Of a stretch of 64,000 nt of DNA, positions 59,472-64,000 are shown piece after piece. Source of the DNA: Mantamonas sphyraenae STR306. Taxonomy: Eukaryota > Protista > CRuMs. The position numbers were made by a program, and so were the translations under genes. The stretch lies in NCBI GenBank assembly GCA_026936335.1, contig JAPMXV010000006.1, positions 248,001-312,000 on the forward strand. The letters are read 5' to 3'. Below the pieces are notes generated by a model. It ran no database searches. It was not told the DNA's origin and saw only the letters and a list, made by a program, of their open reading frames with translations. Each line of letters opens with the position of its first letter. Within the stretch, counting starts at the first letter, position 1.

Positions 59472-60770
59472 TCAATCATGCTTGGCCTTCTTGGGTGTCT
59501 TCTTGTTTGTAGCTTTGCTCTTGCTTGTCTTTCCCTCCTGCTTGTCGCCTTTGCTGTCCTTGAGGCCGCTGGCTTCGGCAGCCGTCTTTGCCGGCACCTT
59601 GCCCGTGCGCACAGGCTTCTTCTGCAGTCCCATGATGCGCAGAAGCATGCGTGCAATCTCGGCGCCCCACATAACGTTGAGGAGATTGAGGAAAATGGCG
59701 GCGGCAATGCAGATGGAGGCCTGCAGCGGGGTGGTCTCCAGGTGAGCGATCAGCACAGCGAGCAAACGCGGCATCGCAAAGATGCCGTAGTACCAGCGCA
59801 CCACAAAGAACATGGTGGCAAACAACAGGTTGTTCAACATGGTCAGCACACTGGCGTCGCTGATGCCAAGTTGCTTGAACAGCAGGCGCAGGTCAAGGAA
59901 CACGGTGGACAGCTCGTACGTCAGGAAGCGGATGCCCCACGCCTGCATAAACGGCGTCAGCAGGGAGCCAAACGCAAGGCTTGCAGCAATCGAATGCAGC
60001 AGATATGGCACCTGTGAGTCATCCACGCGCACATAGCACCGGTCCGCACGTGTGTCAGGCTCTGTGTGTGTGTGTACAGGAGGAATCTGGGGGCGCGGAG
60101 GGGAAATAGGAAAAGCACTCTCAACACGTACGCCAAACACGTCGAAATGCAGGCAGCACATGACAAAGTCAAAGGAGAAAAACGCCACAGTGATGCAAAT
60201 GACAAAGATGGCACGGTGACTCGTGCCCAGGATGGGGTCTATGTTGTGTGTGTGTGAAGTGTGAAGTGTGTGTCAGCGCTTGCCCGTTGCTCTTGGGTGC
60301 TCCCTCATTGGACCACACACGTACCCATGCTGCGCTCGGGTTCGGCCCACAGCAAGGCCAGGGCACTGAAGCCAACGAGGGAGGAGTGGACAATGGCAGG
60401 GATGTTGACATCCCACAGCACACGGTCCTTCTGGCGGGTCAGGCCTGCGTAGGATCGCGACAGCAGTGGCGACAGCAGACCCGAAGCCAGGTAGATCAAC
60501 CAGAACACCACATGCCAACCAGCAAGCACCCTGTCATTGAAATGGTGTGATTGTGTCAGGTGGTGAAAAGCAGAGGGGTGGTGATGGAGGGGGGCCAACT
60601 CACTTGACGTATCCGTGCTCGGCCACCAAGGCTGCTCCCATGTCGAGGTAGGGCAGTACAAGGTCCGACCATTGTTGCAAGTACGGGGACACCATTGGCT
60701 CAACGGGGTCCAGCAGAGTGAGCCGGAACTGCGACATCTGGTCCAGAGGCAAGCCCTTCAGAAACTCCAT
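59472..60770 (-). CDS. TLC-domain membrane protein (TMEM56/TLCD4-like); multiple introns
   Basis: WDVNIPAIVHS, YLLH, YELSTVFLDLR, FFVVRW, LNVMW; C-terminal KAKHD ER-retrieval signal. Confidence 0.8.
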
Positions 60771-60984
60771 CCTGTGAATTTTCGCTGCATGCCACTGCGC
60801 ATGGCACATCACATGCACCACATGGCGTCACATGGCGTCGTGCATGATGCGTGGGATGATGACGCAAGATATCCCTCCATGGCGGCTCCATGCGCCATCG
60901 CATCCAGCAAGGTTCAAACAAACACCACAGCCACACACAGCATCCCCCACCACCACCACACACACACACACACACATCCGCGCC

Positions 60985-62028
60985 ATGGACAGCATCACAC
61001 CTGTGAAGCTTGCAAGCACCTATTCACCACCGGCGGTGTACTTGATGTACCAGCGCGGCACCCAGAAGCGTGTACTTCGCATGCGATTGGACACACAGGC
61101 CTTGGGTCGCAAGATGCCCTCTGAGATTGCCTCTGAACTGCGCATGGAACACTTTGAACAGTTGCGTGGTGTCACTCTGAGTCAGGTGTGTTCTTCCCCT
61201 GTGTTGCCCGGTGGAACACCACGCTCCCCACGTCCACACCACGTGTCCCCAGGCACACCAACCGCCTCGAATGCCTTTTCCAAACGCATTGTAAACATTT
61301 GCTGTGCCCTTGCCTGTGCATGACCTGCTGTGGTACGGCAGAGGGGCGTTTTGGGAGCTTCCACACGTTCGCCCGCCCTTTTCACACGAAATCTCACCCT
61401 TCCTACGCGACACGACGACGCGGCGTGGCACGGATGACCCGTTGCACTGCATGCACAGTTGACAAACATGATTGCCAAGGTGTTGAACCAGCAGTCAAAC
61501 ACAGGAAGCCAGTCTCCGGCTCGTGGGAGCACCAGCAGCAGAGCAGCCGACTGGTCGCAGGGCTGGAACGTACGAGGAGGCACGGGATCAGCCTCAAGCA
61601 CGGGCTCAGGCACAGGCTCAGGAGGGTACACACGGACGCAGTATGGCCAGCGTGGGGAATCAGACAAGATGGGCACGGACGGCGACGAGGTGGAGGACGA
61701 AGAGGAGGAAGAAGACTACGGCGGGTTCTTTGGCGGCCAAACAGACTTTATGGCAACGCGCTCGAAGGAGCTGGAGGATCAGTTGGCGGCAAAGAGGGAA
61801 GAGAGGGTGGAGGAGGAAAAGAGGAAGATGGCAGACAGCCTGCGCAAGTACGACGGTGTGAATCTGAACAAAGTGAGCGAAGAGGAGCTGGAAAAGGCCA
61901 AACGGGACATGGACGTGCTTTTCTACCACAACCAGCTCAAACCAGGCGACGAAGGATACGAGTATGACAAGCGGGTGGACTTTGGCGAGCCGACAGAGGA
62001 GAATGATTGGGACAAGTTTGACTTCTGA
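60985..62028 (+). CDS. CEP19: Centrosomal protein 19; one intron
   Basis: PVKLASTYSPPAVYLMY N-terminus; NLNKVSEEELEKAKRDMDVLFYHNQLKPGDEGYEYDKRVDF..DWD C-terminus. Confidence 0.85.
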
Positions 62029-62133
62029 AGGCGACAGTCGAAATCAATTCCATTTTGCTCGTTCGTTCCTGACTCAGGACGGCTGGGCGAGCGCCAGCCA
62101 CCGGCCGTCTCGCACTCGCTACGCGTTTGCTGG

Positions 62134-63918
62134 TCAGGGAAAGTAGTTCTTGTACAGACCCTTGCCCTGGTGGAAGGCACTCCAGATGTGCATGGCCTGG
62201 TTCATGATGTCCTTAAACTCGCCCTCATGGACCTCTGTGGCCAGCGAGGGACCACCATGCTTGTCCATGTGTGTGTTCTGCCATCCCAGGTAGATCTTGC
62301 CCGTCCACTTGGCCAGGTTGCGCATGGAACTCTGGTGCCAGGTGGCCGGAAACAGTTCGACCACCACTGCCTCGTCGGGCAAGAACACCAGGTGTGTGCC
62401 ACCGGCGCCGTGCATAAACACGTAAATGTCCGTGTTGCGAATGGTGGACAGCTGTTCACGGTACGAGAGGGCAGCAAAGTCGACCTTCTTGGCCTGGACC
62501 TCGGAACAGCTGTCGAGGATGGCCATGAGGCGATCTTCGTTGAGGATGGTGCGTCCCAACTGGCCTGCCTTTTCCTTAAAGGGTTTCCGTGAGCTGAGGG
62601 TGACGCGAGCCACCTTGTCCGAGGCCGGGGTGTACTCGAGGAGGTCAAAGTGGCGCAACACAGTGAGGGTGTACGCACGCATCAGATCGCTCATGCGACA
62701 TTCGTTGGGCGCCCAAATGTCCTTCCACATAAAGGCACTGCCTGCCGGGATGGCCCAGATGGTGTTTGTGAAGCACACGAGGCCATCCAGGCTGCGATAC
62801 TTGTCCAGAAAGGCACGGCCCGAGAGCACGCCCTTACCACCAAAGGCATTCCACAGCTCAAAGTACGGCCCATCCTTGTCCCCATCAAAGATGACCACCT
62901 GCACATCCTTGGGGTCCAGACGCAGGATCTGGAGGGCCTGGAAGGCGTTGAGGAAATCGCTCATGGAGTGGAACACGTTGAGGAAGCCATCACGAGACAC
63001 AAACAGGGTGGGCGTGGTCACTGCCTCCTTGCACTGCATGGCATTGTTGGATTGGAAGGAACCCATGATGGCCCCCAAGTCGAGTTGGAAGTTGCCGTGG
63101 TTCCATTCCCCGGTCTTGCTGCAACGTCCCTGCAACGCACCTCCACCCAGACCCATCTTGTTGCCCAGTGTCATCTTGCGCACATCGAATCCAATGTTGC
63201 GTCCCACACAGAAATTGTCCGGTGCCGTGTGCTTGTGCTGCTGCAGGCGCCGGCAAAAAACTGCGCTCTCCAGCTTGCTCGCCTCGTCAGCGGTGATTGG
63301 CGCCTCGTCCGCACGAATCTCCACCGCCTGGCTGCCACAGTACACCGATCCCTGTTGACGCCACTTGTCCAGCAGCGGATATCCAAAGTCGTCCTCACAC
63401 CCCTTTTGGTGTGCGTTGAGTCCCTTTTGGGCCCACCACGCACCCGGATGTGCGTTTTCGCCCACATGGGCTGCCACCGACCCGGACAACTGGCTCACTT
63501 TGCTCTCCAGTTGCGCCACTTGTTGCTTCCACGCCTCCACCTGCTCCTCATGCGCTCGCTTGGCTTCAGCGTCCTGTGTGCCCGTCGACGGTGTGATGTC
63601 TGGAGACCCGGAAGAGGAGGAGGAGGAGGAGGAGGAGGAAGACGCCAGTTTGGCCACCAGCCGTCGATTCTCGTCCATGAGTTGCCGCAGTTGCTTCTCC
63701 ATCCGTTGCATGTCGGCATCCGTCTTGCTGTGGTGTGACGCCTGTGAGGAAGAGGAGGAGGAGGAGGCTGAGCCAGGGTGCGTCTGCTGGCCTGCTGGTG
63801 TGGGTGTGGTTGTTGTGTCGTGCTCTCGGGGGGCCGAGGTCCCGTGCCAGAAGATCACTTCGTACAAAAAGACCATGAGGACCATGGCGAACAGCAAGCG
63901 CGTTTGTAGCTTGGACAT
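62134..63918 (-). CDS. GT61 glycosyltransferase (EOGT/xylosyltransferase-like), type II membrane
   Basis: TM anchor, coiled stem; NVFHSMSDFLN, RTILNE, EQL..IRNTDIYVFMHGAGGTHLVFLP..VVVELFP, NLAKWTG..Y..W. Confidence 0.88.
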   Translation of the reverse strand: MSKLQTRLLFAMVLMVFLYEVIFWHGTSAPREHDTTTTPTPAGQQTHPGSASSSSSSSQASHHSKTDADMQRMEKQLRQLMDENRRLVAKLASSSSSSSSSSSGSPDITPSTGTQDAEAKRAHEEQVEAWKQQVAQLESKVSQLSGSVAAHVGENAHPGAWWAQKGLNAHQKGCEDDFGYPLLDKWRQQGSVYCGSQAVEIRADEAPITADEASKLESAVFCRRLQQHKHTAPDNFCVGRNIGFDVRKMTLGNKMGLGGGALQGRCSKTGEWNHGNFQLDLGAIMGSFQSNNAMQCKEAVTTPTLFVSRDGFLNVFHSMSDFLNAFQALQILRLDPKDVQVVIFDGDKDGPYFELWNAFGGKGVLSGRAFLDKYRSLDGLVCFTNTIWAIPAGSAFMWKDIWAPNECRMSDLMRAYTLTVLRHFDLLEYTPASDKVARVTLSSRKPFKEKAGQLGRTILNEDRLMAILDSCSEVQAKKVDFAALSYREQLSTIRNTDIYVFMHGAGGTHLVFLPDEAVVVELFPATWHQSSMRNLAKWTGKIYLGWQNTHMDKHGGPSLATEVHEGEFKDIMNQAMHIWSAFHQGKGLYKNYFP

Positions 63919-64000
63919 GTTTGCCAGAAGGGAACACGGGAGAGGGAAGGTGTGTGTATGGGGGAGAGGGGGGGTGTCGAGAGAAGGTGGTGTTGCAGTG

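Noticed and set aside
1-64000. Alternative genetic code, CRISPR arrays, transposons, tRNA/rRNA genes
   Set aside because: TAA, TAG and TGA all terminate genes and conserved proteins read in the standard code. No repeat-spacer arrays, transposases or cloverleafs were seen, and the simple repeats are microsatellites or homopeptide codons.

Overview
Very gene-dense, GC-rich eukaryotic nuclear DNA with canonical GT-AG introns (CTGAC-type branch sites, frequent (CA)n/(TG)n tracts). About 33 protein-coding genes can be read. Flagellar/centriolar genes (IFT172, BBS1, CEP19, SSX2IP, RSPH1-like), the WAVE subunit BRK1, CENP-H, plant-type PEX22 and mitochondrial GatC point to a free-living flagellated protist. 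The lineage cannot be fixed from this window. Other genes include coilin, VPS36, cytosolic IleRS, NOP2, a VIT1/CCC1 transporter, a Gbp2-like RRM protein, a DUSP12-like phosphatase, GT31 and GT61 glycosyltransferases and a ~3000-aa Ig-repeat multi-TM surface receptor. The main observations are four. (1) Same-strand genes sit in operon-like arrays with 14-85 nt spacers and even overlapping CDSs, suggesting polycistronic expression. (2) The coilin intron holds a box C/D snoRNA with a perfect 12-nt 18S guide (U25/snR56 type). (3) Several domain architectures look unusual. (4) Several genes look bacterial or giant-virus-like. All family assignments are from motif recognition, not database searches. 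CDS coordinates of spliced genes span their introns.
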